Source: Candidatus Latescibacterota bacterium (GTDB lineage Bacteria; Latescibacterota; UBA2968; UBA8231). From it: a stretch of DNA of 64,000 nt. Location: positions 4,000,001-4,064,000 of the forward strand of contig CBDETY010000003.1 of the NCBI GenBank assembly GCA_965243025.1. The letters run 5' to 3'. The notes under the pieces are model-generated. The model did not search any database. It was not told the origin of the DNA and saw only the letters and a program-made list of their open reading frames with translations. The position numbers were made by a program, and so were the translations under genes. Below, piece after piece: positions 8,966-19,553 of this stretch (position 1 is its first letter; the number at the start of each line of letters is the position of its first letter).

Positions 8966-10447
8966 ATGACCCGCCGCGTAGGCATCATCTCCCTGATCCA
9001 CGAGTCCAACACCTTCGCCGACACCCCGACGACGATCGCCTCTTTCCGGCGCGACGGCCTGCTCACCGGAGAGGAGGTTCGTCAGGAGTTCGCAGGGGGC
9101 CTGCACCAGGGCAGCGGCTTCCTCGAGGGCCTGGCCGGGGCCGGCATCGAGGCGGTGCCGGTCTTCCACGCCTCGACCACCCCCTCCGGCACGATCACGA
9201 GGGAGACCTGCGACGAGCTGATGCGCCTGATGTTCTCCGCCCTCGACGAGGCCGGACCCCTCGACGGCTACCTGGTGTCGCCGCACGGCGCCAATGCCGG
9301 CGAAGGGGATGAGTACCGCGATCTCGACGGCCACTGGCTCACCCGTCTGCGCGCCCGCGCCGGCGCCGGATGCCCCATCATCTGCGTCATCGACCCGCAC
9401 GCCAACCTCTCCCCCCGCATGGTCGAGGCGTGCGACGCGACCATCGCCTACCGCTCGAACCCCCACCTCGACCAGAAGGAGCGCGGCCTCGAGGCCGCCT
9501 CGCTGATGGCGCGCACCCTCGCCGGTGAGATCCGGCCCGTGCAGCGAGGGGCCTTTCCGCCCTTCGGCATCAACATCGAGCGCCAGCACACCACCTCCCC
9601 TCCCTGCCTGCCGCTCTACGAGCTGGCCAACGCTCAGCTCGGGAAGGAGCCGGTTCTCTCCAACTCGATCGTGCTCGGTTTTCCCTACGCCGACGTCGAG
9701 GAGATGGGCTCTTCCGCGGTCGTCGTTACCGACGGCGACGAGGAGAAGGCGCAGCGGCTCGCAGACGAGCTCGCCGCCTACATGGTCGAGCACCGCGCCG
9801 AGTTCGTCGGGGAGTACCTGACCGTCGAGGAGACGGTCGGTATGGCGGCCGGCAGGGAAGCGCCGGTCTGCCTGCTCGACATGGGGGACAACGTCGGCGG
9901 CGGCTCGGCGGCGGACGGAACGCAGATTGCGCACGAAATCCACGCGCGCGGGGACCTGCCCGCCTTCGTGTGTATCTACGACCCGGAGTCCCAGGAACGG
10001 GCGCGCGCCGCCGGCCCCGGGGCGCGCCTGACGCTGTCGATCGGGGGCAAGGTCGACGGCCGCCACGGCGACCCGCTGACCGCGGAGGTCACGGTGAAGA
10101 GCCTGCACGATGGGAAGTTCGAGGAGAGCGAGATCCGCCACGGAGGCTACACCCGCTTCGACATGGGGCCTACCGCGGTGGTGACCACCGCCACCGGGCT
10201 GACGATCAGCCTGACCAGCATGCGCACGGTGCCGGTCAGCCTCGGGGTGGTCACCAGCCTCGGACTCGACCCGGCCGACTTCCACATCATCGTCGCCAAG
10301 GGGGTGCACGCCCCCGTCGCCGCGTTCGGGCCGGTCTGCAGCGAGCTGATCCGCGTCGATACTATCGGGGCCACCGCGGCCGACATGCGCACCTTCGAGT
10401 ACAGCTACCGGCGCCAGCCGATGTACCCGTTCGAAGAAATCGCCTGA
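8966..10447 (+). CDS. M81 family metallopeptidase (MlrC-like)
   Basis: HESNTF, SPHGA, DPHANLS, YRSNPHLD, DMGDNVGGG, IIVAKG. Confidence 0.9.
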   Translation: MTRRVGIISLIHESNTFADTPTTIASFRRDGLLTGEEVRQEFAGGLHQGSGFLEGLAGAGIEAVPVFHASTTPSGTITRETCDELMRLMFSALDEAGPLDGYLVSPHGANAGEGDEYRDLDGHWLTRLRARAGAGCPIICVIDPHANLSPRMVEACDATIAYRSNPHLDQKERGLEAASLMARTLAGEIRPVQRGAFPPFGINIERQHTTSPPCLPLYELANAQLGKEPVLSNSIVLGFPYADVEEMGSSAVVVTDGDEEKAQRLADELAAYMVEHRAEFVGEYLTVEETVGMAAGREAPVCLLDMGDNVGGGSAADGTQIAHEIHARGDLPAFVCIYDPESQERARAAGPGARLTLSIGGKVDGRHGDPLTAEVTVKSLHDGKFEESEIRHGGYTRFDMGPTAVVTTATGLTISLTSMRTVPVSLGVVTSLGLDPADFHIIVAKGVHAPVAAFGPVCSELIRVDTIGATAADMRTFEYSYRRQPMYPFEEIA

Positions 10448-10668
10448 CCCGAGTTCTTCAGGTTCGCTGTCGGACTGACGGCCGTCAGCTTGCCGGAGCG
10501 AAGACCCGTCACTGCCGCGTCCGCTGCGGCCGGGTACCGGGCTCGACGACCCACCGTGCCCGGCGTTTTCCTTGCCACTGTTGCACAACGGCCTGTTGGT
10601 TTTTTCCGCGAGATCCCAGTGCAACTGAACCGGTTCCCTACCCTTGCCCAGTGAGGAGCAACCGCCCC

Positions 10669-13600
10669 GTGACCTTCGTCTCCTGTCGCAACCCACGCCT
10701 GCACTTCGCAGCCGCCCTGAGTGTCGGCGTTGCGCCGGGCTGCACCACCCCTCACCGGTTCCCCCTGCGGTCCGTTTCCCGGCTCGCCGCAGCAGTCGGG
10801 GTCGCGCTGTTCGCCTGCCTGACGCCGAGCTGCGCAACCAGTCAGCACTCCCTGATCGAATGGAGGTACAACTCCGCCGATGCCGGCAGCAGCCGCTTCG
10901 CCCCGATCGGGGAGATCGACAGCACCAATGTCGCCGACCTGCGGATGGTCTGGCGCTGGCGCGCCCCCGATCTGGAACTCCACCGCACCCGGGTTCTCGA
11001 GAACGACGGCGGCGACAATCAGTGCACGCCGCTGATGGTCGGTGGAACTCTCTACGTCTCCACCCCGCTCAACACCGTCGTCGCGCTCGACCCGGAAACC
11101 GGTGAGGAGATCTGGCGCTTCGAGAACCCCGATGTCTGGCACATATCCGACTACATGGGTACCCACCGCGGCGTCGCCTACTGGAGCGACGGCGCGCGGG
11201 AACGCATCCTCTTCGGCACAGGCACCGCCTACCTCTACTCCCTCGACGCGAAGACCGGGCTGCCCGACCCGGAGTTCGGCGACGGCGGCCGCATCGATCT
11301 GCTCGACCATTTCGACCGGCCTGTCTGGCGCGGCGCCCTCTCCGTCACTTCGCCGCCGATCGTCTGCCGCGACGTCCTCGTCACCGGCTGGTTCGCCAGC
11401 GATTGGTACTGGGATGGCGCGCCGCCCGAGAAAACGCCTCCCGGGGCCGTGTTCGGGTTCGACGTGCGCACGGGGAAACGACTCTGGACCTTCCATTCCA
11501 TTCCCCGGGAAGGGGAATTCGGCGTCGATACCTGGGAAAACGATTCCTGGAAAACAGCGGCCCGCGTCAACGTCTGGACCATTCTGAGCGCCGACGAAGA
11601 GCTCGGCTACATCTACCTGCCGTTCGGCAACCCCGACAACGAGTACTACGGCGGCGCCCGGCATGGAGACAACCTGTACACATCCAGCCTGGTCTGCCTG
11701 GAGGCGCGCACCGGCAAGCGCGTATGGCACTACCAGACCATGCGCCACGGCCTCTGGAATCTCGACCTGCCGCACGCCGCCATGCTCGTCGATGTCGAGG
11801 TGGACGGCAAGCCGGTCAAAGCCGTCGCTCAGCTGACGAAGCAGGCCTTCTGCTTTGTGCTCGACCGGGTCACCGGTGAGCCCCTGTGGCCGGTCGAACA
11901 GCGGCGGGTACCCGCTTCGACCGTGCCCGGAGAGCGGATGCCGGACACGCAGCCGTTCCCGACCAGGCCTGCGCCCTACGATCGCCAGGGCCTGACGGAA
12001 GAAGACATCATAGACTTCACGCCGGAGATACGGCGGGAAACAATCGAGTTCATCTCCGAGTACGACTACGGTCCTCTCTACACGCCTCCCTCGACTCGGG
12101 GAACGATCATGGTGCCGGGGCTCATCGGTGGCGCCACCTGGTGGAACGGGGCCGTCCATCCGGAAAAGGGGTGGATATACGTCTCTTCCCAGACCAAGCC
12201 CGGGCTCGTGGAACTAGAAGAGAACGACGAGCATCCGCACGGGTTCACCGGCGACAGCCGGGACGTGCGCGGGCCGCGGGGACTGCCGCTGACCAAACCC
12301 CCGTACGGCCGCATCGTCGCCATCGACCTGAACACCGGGGACCACCGCTGGATGAGGCCCATCGGCAAAGGGCCGGTCGACCATCCCGAGCTCCGCGAAC
12401 TCGACCTGCCTCCCCTCGGGTCGGCGACTCGCATCATGCCGATGGCGACCAGGACCCTCCTGTTCGCCGTTACCGACCAGCCGTTCGATCCGCGCCGGTG
12501 GCGCTACCGCGGCCAACATTACATCGACCCCGAGCCGTACCTGTGGGCCTTCGATCTCGACGACGGACGGCTGATCCATCGCCTGGAGCTTCCCGCCAAC
12601 GGCAGCGGCCCACCCATGTCGTACGCCATCGGCGGCCGACAGTATATCGTCGTGCCCCTGGGCGACGAAGACACCCCCGCGGAGTTCGCCGCCTACGCAA
12701 TCCCGCGCAAAGGTGAGAAGCTGCCGATGCAGCCGACCCGCCGCACGGATGCCGGGCACCCGCTTTTCTACGAGGCGGTTCGGGCCGTCGATTCAGGCGA
12801 CACGACGGCCCTTTCCGACCTGCTCCTGAAACATCCCGGCCTCGCCCGCGCACGGGGATACCTCGATCCCCACTACAAATACCCCGGTTTCCGCGGCGCG
12901 TCGCTGCTTCACCTCCTCGCCGGGGAGCCGCTGCATCGAGGTGAGCTGAAGGGGGACGCGGGGCGCATGGCGCAGCAACTGCTCGATGCGGGCGCCGATC
13001 CCAACGCCGTCACCGTCGACTCTTTCGCTACGCTTTCACTGGTCTATGACAGCCGCCAGACCGGGTGGTTGGGCATCAGGGAGGAACTGTTGCGCCTGCT
13101 TCTCGACGCCGGAGCCGATCCCGACGAGCGCAGGGGATATCTCCTGTGGGCGGCTGTGCGGAATCAGGAACACGACCTGGCGGAGCTGTTGCTCTCGCAT
13201 GGGGCCACGTTCGATCTGCGCACGGCCGCGGGCATGGGCCGGATGGATGTCCTGGCCAAGTTCTTTCGAGAGGACGGCAGTCTCACTCCCGATGCCCACA
13301 GTGGTTATGTCCCCCACTTCCCGGCCGCGGTCGACATTCCGGTCGAGGAGGAGGATGTGCTGACAGAGGCGGTTACCCTCGCTGCCCGCGGCGGGCACGC
13401 CGAAGCCCTCGAGTTCCTGCTGGACCGGGGGGTAGACGTCCACTCCCTGTCCGTGCGATTCTGGTGGCGGGGCGACAAAGGAGCGACTCCCCTGCATCAC
13501 GCCGCGGGCAACGCTCGACTCGGGGCGGTCCGGCTCCTGCTCGGCAGGGGGGCGGACCCGAACATGCCGAACCAGTGGGGATCGACGCCGCTCGATTGGG

Positions 13601-13680
13601 CTCGTTGGGCGGACGACGATGCCGAAGACAAGCAGGAAGTGATTCGCCTTCTGGAGGAAGCCGCGGCTGAACGCGAATAG
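10669..13680 (+). CDS. PQQ-dependent dehydrogenase-type beta-propeller fused to C-terminal ankyrin repeats (start uncertain)
   Basis: TPLMVGGTLY, HRGVAYW, LDAKTGLPDPEFG, TSPP, ADEELGYIYLP, HGLWNLDLP, KPPYG, PMSY..GRQY; then ankyrin repeats such as GATPLHHAA...GADPN...GSTPLDWA. A GAGGAG RBS lies upstream of GTG 10669. Confidence 0.85.
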   Translation: MTFVSCRNPRLHFAAALSVGVAPGCTTPHRFPLRSVSRLAAAVGVALFACLTPSCATSQHSLIEWRYNSADAGSSRFAPIGEIDSTNVADLRMVWRWRAPDLELHRTRVLENDGGDNQCTPLMVGGTLYVSTPLNTVVALDPETGEEIWRFENPDVWHISDYMGTHRGVAYWSDGARERILFGTGTAYLYSLDAKTGLPDPEFGDGGRIDLLDHFDRPVWRGALSVTSPPIVCRDVLVTGWFASDWYWDGAPPEKTPPGAVFGFDVRTGKRLWTFHSIPREGEFGVDTWENDSWKTAARVNVWTILSADEELGYIYLPFGNPDNEYYGGARHGDNLYTSSLVCLEARTGKRVWHYQTMRHGLWNLDLPHAAMLVDVEVDGKPVKAVAQLTKQAFCFVLDRVTGEPLWPVEQRRVPASTVPGERMPDTQPFPTRPAPYDRQGLTEEDIIDFTPEIRRETIEFISEYDYGPLYTPPSTRGTIMVPGLIGGATWWNGAVHPEKGWIYVSSQTKPGLVELEENDEHPHGFTGDSRDVRGPRGLPLTKPPYGRIVAIDLNTGDHRWMRPIGKGPVDHPELRELDLPPLGSATRIMPMATRTLLFAVTDQPFDPRRWRYRGQHYIDPEPYLWAFDLDDGRLIHRLELPANGSGPPMSYAIGGRQYIVVPLGDEDTPAEFAAYAIPRKGEKLPMQPTRRTDAGHPLFYEAVRAVDSGDTTALSDLLLKHPGLARARGYLDPHYKYPGFRGASLLHLLAGEPLHRGELKGDAGRMAQQLLDAGADPNAVTVDSFATLSLVYDSRQTGWLGIREELLRLLLDAGADPDERRGYLLWAAVRNQEHDLAELLLSHGATFDLRTAAGMGRMDVLAKFFREDGSLTPDAHSGYVPHFPAAVDIPVEEEDVLTEAVTLAARGGHAEALEFLLDRGVDVHSLSVRFWWRGDKGATPLHHAAGNARLGAVRLLLGRGADPNMPNQWGSTPLDWARWADDDAEDKQEVIRLLEEAAAERE

Positions 13681-13831
13681 GTTCGCGTTTGCGGGGTAGC
13701 CCTGTGGTGTTTCAGGTCAACCTGCAACAGGGCGCGCATTGACAGGGCTGCGCATTGATACAAGGCTCCGGGGTGGTCTGCAGGTGGACGCTTCGGCGGG
13801 CAGTCCTATCCCTCCTGAATCCGTTCCGGCG

Positions 13832-15019
13832 TCACACCCCCAGCTCCCGCTTGGCCTCCGCGAACTTCTCCAGTGCGAAATCGAGGTCGTCGCGGGTGTG
13901 GGCGGCCGACATCTGGGTGCGGATGCGCGCCGCTCCGTGGGGAACGACCGGGTAGAAGAAGCCGATGACGTACACCCCCTTGGCGAGCATCAGCGCCGCC
14001 ATCTCCTGCGCCAGGCCGGCGTCGCCGAGCATGATCGGAACGATCGCGTGGGAGCCCGGGCGGAGCTCGAAACCGAGGCTTTCCAGGCCCTGGCGGAAAT
14101 GGCGCGTGTTCGCCTGCAGCTGCCGCCTGAGCTCCGGTGAGCGGCCGATAATTTCCAGAGCCTTCAGCGAAGCCGCGACGATGCTCGGGGCAAGGGTGTT
14201 GGAGAACAGGTAGGGACGCGAGCGCTGGCGCAGCAGGGCGACGATCTCCCTGCGGCCGCTGGTGTAGCCGCCGCTGGCCCCGCCGAGGGCCTTGCCGAGG
14301 GTGCCGGTGATGACGTCGACGCGGCCTTCGACCCCGCAGTGCTCGTGCGTGCCGCGGCCGTTCTCGCCGACGAACCCGACCGCGTGCGAGTCGTCGATCA
14401 TCACCAGGGCGTCGTGCTCGTCGGCGAGGTCGCAGATCTCCGGAAGCTTCGCGTAGTATCCGTCCATCGAGAAGACGCCGTCGGTGGCGATCAGCCGGAA
14501 GCGGGCGGAGGCCGCTTCCTTGAGGCAGCTCTCCAGCTCCCCCATGTCGCTGTTCCCGTAACGCAGGCGCCGCGCCTTGCACAGGCGGATGCCGTCGATG
14601 ATGCTGGCGTGGTTGAGCTCGTCGCTGATCACCGCGTCCTCCGCGGCCAGCAGGGTTTCGAACAGCCCGCCGTTGGCGTCGAAGCAGGAGGAGTACAGGA
14701 TCGTGTCCTCGGTCCCGAGGAACCCGGAGATGCGCGCTTCGAGGGCCTTGTGGATCTGCTGCGTCCCGCAGATGAAGCGCACCGACGACAGCCCGAACCC
14801 CCACTCGTCGTAGCTGCGGCGCGCCGCCTCGATGATCTCCGGGTTGTCGGCGAGGCCGAGGTAGTTGTTGGCGCACATGTTGAGCACTTCCCCGCCCCCA
14901 TCGGCGATGCCGACGCGGGAACCCTGCGGGGTGGTGATGGTGCGCTCCTCCTTGAACAGGCTGGCGGCCTTTATGTCCGCTATCTGGGCGTCGAGATGCT
15001 CCTTGAGGGCTTCGTTCAT
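13832..15019 (-). CDS. kbl: Glycine C-acetyltransferase (2-amino-3-ketobutyrate CoA ligase)
   Basis: [57 protein letters not shown]. Confidence 0.95.
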   Translation of the reverse strand: MNEALKEHLDAQIADIKAASLFKEERTITTPQGSRVGIADGGGEVLNMCANNYLGLADNPEIIEAARRSYDEWGFGLSSVRFICGTQQIHKALEARISGFLGTEDTILYSSCFDANGGLFETLLAAEDAVISDELNHASIIDGIRLCKARRLRYGNSDMGELESCLKEAASARFRLIATDGVFSMDGYYAKLPEICDLADEHDALVMIDDSHAVGFVGENGRGTHEHCGVEGRVDVITGTLGKALGGASGGYTSGRREIVALLRQRSRPYLFSNTLAPSIVAASLKALEIIGRSPELRRQLQANTRHFRQGLESLGFELRPGSHAIVPIMLGDAGLAQEMAALMLAKGVYVIGFFYPVVPHGAARIRTQMSAAHTRDDLDFALEKFAEAKRELGV

Positions 15020-15170
15020 CGATTGGCCTCCTGTGGACTTCCTCCGTCTCAAGATCCCCCCAATCCCGGGGCGGCGCCAGAGCCCGGCTCACTGCCGGGT
15101 GGGGCTCTTGTTACCGATAACCCGGCGTTGTACAGTGGTAACGATTTCGGGTGCCCCCGTTACACTGGGA

Positions 15171-16361
15171 ATGCGAATGACTGGTTCGGCTGCATCCACC
15201 CGGTTTGCTTCGCCCGTCGCCTCGTTCGACCCCGGCCTGCTGCTGCGTCCGCTTCGGCGCACCTTCTCGCTCAGCCTCGGGGCGGCGGCGCTGCTGCACG
15301 GGACCATCGCCTTGATGAGCCCCTTTGACGGGGCGGTGACGAAAACACCCCGGCCCCTGACCCACAGGTTCGTCAAACGCGAACCCCGCCTGACCAAGCC
15401 CCTCGAGCTTCGCAAGATACCCCGGCCCAAACGGGTGGCGGTCCGCCGCTACTTCAAGCCCCTGCCCGCGGCGCGCATGGACCGGGTACAGGCGACCGCG
15501 GCCTTTGACGCCGCTCTCGTGGTCAGCCGGACCGCCGTGCCGCGCATCAGCGTTTCCCCCGCGTCTACCGCTCCCATCAGGCTGGAACCCGCAACCGACC
15601 CCGCCTTCGTCCTCACCAACAGCCGGGTGCCCGAAAACCGCATCGACATGGCCCTCGAGATGCTCGACCTGAAAACCATGGACACCGGCCGCTACAAGGC
15701 CATGGTGGTAGAAGACGAAACGGACCGTCAGGCGGTCCGGGGATTCGTGAAATTCGCGCAGGTGACGTCGGCGTCGGCCAATCAAATGGGTTGGGTCCAG
15801 CGAGAGATGCTGGGGTTCGACCTTCTTCGCGATGCCCTCAACGAATACACCGGCATTCACGCCGAGTTGGAGGGACAGATTACCTACGACGACAGCCGTC
15901 TGCTCGAAGTGCCCATCGTCATTCCCTGGGGTGAGCCGAACGAAAGCGAGATGGAGCACCTGACCCGCTATCTGCTCGCCGGCGGGTTCCTGTTCGGACC
16001 GGTGACCGAGCGCATGCAGGAGGGCCTGATCAAGTACGGCGGCCTCGTGCGAGGTCAGGACTTCTGGAGCGAACGCCTGCCCGAATCGCACCCGGTTTTT
16101 CACTCGTTCTTCGATCTCGACGTCGTTCCGTCCGGGTACTGGTCCGGGATTTCGGCGAAGTGGCAGGGTTGGCTGCACACGACAGGCTATTTCATCGACG
16201 GCCGTCTCGCCGCCATCGAGACGAGCAACTACTGGGGCTGGTTCAACCACCTGTACAGCGGCGACTCGACGCGGCAGCTGCAGATGGCCGTCAACGTCGT
16301 CGTCTTCGCGCTGACCCAGGAGGGCTCGATGACCCAGCGCCTGATGCAGATGCTGAACTGA
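15171..16361 (+). CDS. DUF4159-like domain protein with an N-terminal membrane anchor
   Basis: N-terminal hydrophobic helix (SLGAAALLHG), then LNEYTGI, LTRYLLAGGFL, LPESHPVFHSFFD, AVNVVVFALTQ. Confidence 0.7.
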   Translation: MRMTGSAASTRFASPVASFDPGLLLRPLRRTFSLSLGAAALLHGTIALMSPFDGAVTKTPRPLTHRFVKREPRLTKPLELRKIPRPKRVAVRRYFKPLPAARMDRVQATAAFDAALVVSRTAVPRISVSPASTAPIRLEPATDPAFVLTNSRVPENRIDMALEMLDLKTMDTGRYKAMVVEDETDRQAVRGFVKFAQVTSASANQMGWVQREMLGFDLLRDALNEYTGIHAELEGQITYDDSRLLEVPIVIPWGEPNESEMEHLTRYLLAGGFLFGPVTERMQEGLIKYGGLVRGQDFWSERLPESHPVFHSFFDLDVVPSGYWSGISAKWQGWLHTTGYFIDGRLAAIETSNYWGWFNHLYSGDSTRQLQMAVNVVVFALTQEGSMTQRLMQMLN

Positions 16362-17119
16362 TGAAGCCGGACGCGCAAAAACACAGGCAGTGGAAGAGGT
16401 TCTTCGACGCTTTCGGCTTCCTGTTTCTGCCGGGCGCAATGGGCGATGACATCGAGTGGATCGACGCCGAGTTCGAAGCGGCCCTGGCCGGCAGCGGCCG
16501 CGCGCACGACGGCAGCGAGCGCACCAGCTTCAGCGACGAGATCCTTCGCAGCGAACCCATCTGCGCCCTCGTCGAGAACCCGGTTATCAACCGGATCCTG
16601 TCCGCACTGCTCGGCGATGACTTCATCTACCTGGGGACTGGCGCGGACATCTACGTCGGCGACAGTCAGTGGCATCCCGACATGCACGCGGCGGCCGTCC
16701 CCCACCTCAAGCTGGCGCTCTACCTCGACCCCCTCACCAGTGAGACGGGAGCGCTAAGAGTCGTGCCGGGGTCGCACCTTCAGGGGTTCAAAGGCAACCT
16801 TTCCACGGAGGAGCTCTGGGGGCTGAGCCCTCGCGACGTGCCCTGCTGGTCGCCGGACAACAGACCCGGAGACGTAGCGGTGTTCAATCTCCACACGCTG
16901 CACAACGCCCTCGGCGGGGATTCCCGCCGCCGCATGCTCAACATCGTCGCCTGCGCCGACTGCCGGACGCCCGAACAGCTCGCCTACCTCGACGAGCGCA
17001 TCGGCTACCATCGGGGGCCGGTCTACCCGGACGTGATGGTTTCCACCGCGACACCGGAACGCATGCGCCACCTCGAGCGGATTCTCGACCGGGAGCGCGC
17101 TCTTGGCAGAAGGCCCTGA
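16361..17119 (+). CDS. PhyH family dioxygenase
   Basis: FFDAFGFL, WHPD, GALRVVPGSH, PGDVAVFN..TLH, RRM. The ATG overlaps the upstream stop codon. Confidence 0.85.
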   Translation: MKPDAQKHRQWKRFFDAFGFLFLPGAMGDDIEWIDAEFEAALAGSGRAHDGSERTSFSDEILRSEPICALVENPVINRILSALLGDDFIYLGTGADIYVGDSQWHPDMHAAAVPHLKLALYLDPLTSETGALRVVPGSHLQGFKGNLSTEELWGLSPRDVPCWSPDNRPGDVAVFNLHTLHNALGGDSRRRMLNIVACADCRTPEQLAYLDERIGYHRGPVYPDVMVSTATPERMRHLERILDRERALGRRP

Positions 17120-17147
17120 GCGGGCTCCGTCCCGGCGGGCGTCGTCG

Positions 17148-19550
17148 ATGACCCGGTCGAGCCCGTTGGCGCGCGTGCCCCGGCTCACCCGCGTACCCCC
17201 TGCTCCCTGCGCGACCGTTCTCCTGGTCGTATTGACCGCGCTCTCAGCTGCCGAAGGCCGCGAAAAGCTCCTGGTCTGGGGATTGAGCACCCAGAGCGAG
17301 TGGGACCGCGGCATCCAGGTAATCACCGAAATCTTCGAGGACCGCCACGGCGTGGAGATCGTCACCTTCAGTCCTGGCAGTTCGACCCCCGAAAAGGTGA
17401 TGAGCGCCATTGTCGGCGGCACCGCCCCGGACCTGCTTCCGCTCGGGTCCTTCACGAAGGACTGGGTGGCCCGCGGAGTCGTGCGCCCGCTCGACGACCT
17501 GATCGCCCGGGACCGCGATTCTCCCTACGCGATCCGCCTCGACGATTTCTACCCCGCCAGCCTCGAGCACGTCTCGTTCGAGGGGCGTCTGTACGCGGTT
17601 CCCGACTGGGCCATCGGCATGGCCCTGTATTACAACCGCGATCTCTTCATCGCCGCCGGTCTGGTGGACCCCCTCGGCAATCCGCTCCCGCCGCGCACAT
17701 GGGACGACTGGCTGCAGTACAACGAAGCCCTGACGCGCCGGGATGAAGACGGAAACCTGGTGCGCATCGGCGCAAACCCCCGGGGGTACGTCCCGTCCCT
17801 GTTCACGCTGGCCACCCAGCTCGGAGGGCGTTTCGTCAGCGATGACGGCCGCCGCTGCACCATGGACGACCCGAAGATCGGCGAAGCGATGCGCTGGTTG
17901 CTGCGGCTGACCGTCCAGTTCGGGGGACGCCGCAATCTGAACGCCTTCGTCAGCAGCGGCCGGTTTTCCGGAATCGACCCGCTGTTTGTCGGGGGCGAAG
18001 CGATGCGCATCGAAGGGCAGTGGTACATCACCAATTTTGCCCGTTTCGGTCCCGACGTCGACTACGACGTGGCGCCGATTCCCCACTTCGAGGGTCGACC
18101 ACGGGTCGACTTTCAGATTACGACTGCCTGGGGCATCCCCCACGGCGCCAACAATCCCGAGCTCGCGTGGGAGCTGATCAAGTGGTACCTCAGCCCCGAG
18201 GCCCAGGAGATAAAGGTTCGCGAGACCATCGAGTTCACGAAGAACCGCGGTCACCCCTTCACTCCCTTCACGACCGCCAACCGGCGCATCAACCGGCTTG
18301 TCGAAGAGAAGTACGTCCGTGACAACCCGGTGTTTCCCGAGAAGACGCGGCGCGCCTACGCCGGCTTCGTTCGCCGACTCGACACGGCGACCTGGCTGCG
18401 GCCGGTGATGACCCCGGCGGGACAGCTGATGGATCAGGAACTGGGGCGCGCTTTCGAAGCGGCCGCCCTGGGCAAGCTGAGCGGCGACGAGGCACTGGAA
18501 GAAGCGAGGGGGAGAATCCAGCGGGCTCTCGATCTCTACTGGGAGGAGGAGGAACTGCCGCTGGTTTCGTGGAAACGGGTGTGGATGGGGGCGCTGGCCC
18601 TGGCCCTGGGAGCGGCCGGTCTGCTCGCGGGCCGCGCTCGACGCGCCGCCCGTTCTCTCGGCCGTCAGCGCCGCGGCGAAGCGCTCGCGGGTATTCTGTG
18701 CGTCTCCCCCTGGGCGGTCGGTTTCGCGGTTTTCATGGCCGGCCCGGTGATCTTCTCCGTCGTCCTCAGCTTTTGCCGGTACAGCGTCCTCAAGCCCGCA
18801 AGGTGGGTGGGCGCGGCCAATTACGTCGAGCTCTTCGGCGACGATCCCCTGTTCTGGAAGTCTCTGCTCAACACGGTGTACATGATGATCGGCATTCCAG
18901 CCGGCCTCGTCGTCGGCCTGGGCCTGGCGATGTTGTTGAACCGGGCCGTGCGCGGCATGTCGGCCTACCGCACCGTCTACTTCCTGCCCTCCATCGTGCC
19001 CGCGGTGGCGTCGGCGATTCTGTGGTTGTGGATCTTTCACCCCACCAGCGGTCTGATGAATCAGTTCCTCGCCTGGTTCGGCATCGCCGGACCGATGTGG
19101 CTGCAGTCCGAATCCTGGGCAAAGCCGGCGATCATCATCAACGGCCTCTGGGGAGCCGGCGGCGGCATGATCATCTGGCTCGCAGGCCTGAAGGGGATTC
19201 CCGTGCACCTCTACGAAGCTGCCGACATCGATGGCGCCAACTGGTGGGCGCGCTTCCGCTATGTCACCCTGCCGATGCTGACGCCCTACGTCTTCTTCAA
19301 CCTCGTCATGGGTACCATCGGCACCCTGCAGATCTTCACGCAGGCGGTGGTGATGACCCGGGGCGGCCCGCTCGATTCCACCCTCTTCTACGTCTATTAC
19401 CTGTTCAACAACGCCTTCGCCTACTTCCGCATGGGGTACGCCTCGGCGATGGCCTGGATCCTGTTCCTGGTCATTCTCGCGTTGACACTGGTCCAGCTCA
19501 AGGTGGCCCCGCGCTGGGTCCACTACGAGGGGCAGACCGGGAATTCCTGA
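17148..19550 (+). CDS. Sugar ABC transporter: solute-binding domain fused to a permease
   Basis: SBP motifs (GTAPD, GRLYAVP, LYYNRDLF, PRTWDD) followed by a CUT1 permease with the EAA loop LYEAADIDGA and YFRMGYASAMAW. Confidence 0.9.
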   Translation: MTRSSPLARVPRLTRVPPAPCATVLLVVLTALSAAEGREKLLVWGLSTQSEWDRGIQVITEIFEDRHGVEIVTFSPGSSTPEKVMSAIVGGTAPDLLPLGSFTKDWVARGVVRPLDDLIARDRDSPYAIRLDDFYPASLEHVSFEGRLYAVPDWAIGMALYYNRDLFIAAGLVDPLGNPLPPRTWDDWLQYNEALTRRDEDGNLVRIGANPRGYVPSLFTLATQLGGRFVSDDGRRCTMDDPKIGEAMRWLLRLTVQFGGRRNLNAFVSSGRFSGIDPLFVGGEAMRIEGQWYITNFARFGPDVDYDVAPIPHFEGRPRVDFQITTAWGIPHGANNPELAWELIKWYLSPEAQEIKVRETIEFTKNRGHPFTPFTTANRRINRLVEEKYVRDNPVFPEKTRRAYAGFVRRLDTATWLRPVMTPAGQLMDQELGRAFEAAALGKLSGDEALEEARGRIQRALDLYWEEEELPLVSWKRVWMGALALALGAAGLLAGRARRAARSLGRQRRGEALAGILCVSPWAVGFAVFMAGPVIFSVVLSFCRYSVLKPARWVGAANYVELFGDDPLFWKSLLNTVYMMIGIPAGLVVGLGLAMLLNRAVRGMSAYRTVYFLPSIVPAVASAILWLWIFHPTSGLMNQFLAWFGIAGPMWLQSESWAKPAIIINGLWGAGGGMIIWLAGLKGIPVHLYEAADIDGANWWARFRYVTLPMLTPYVFFNLVMGTIGTLQIFTQAVVMTRGGPLDSTLFYVYYLFNNAFAYFRMGYASAMAWILFLVILALTLVQLKVAPRWVHYEGQTGNS

Positions 19551-19553
19551 TCG

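Noticed and set aside
10450-10665. Cobalamin riboswitch (GCCACTG and GGGAA-like words)
   Set aside because: The elements are not on one strand in the right order, and no B12-related gene follows.
15020-15130. Glycine riboswitch upstream of kbl
   Set aside because: The GGAGA/CCGAAG/CTCAGG aptamer pattern was not found.
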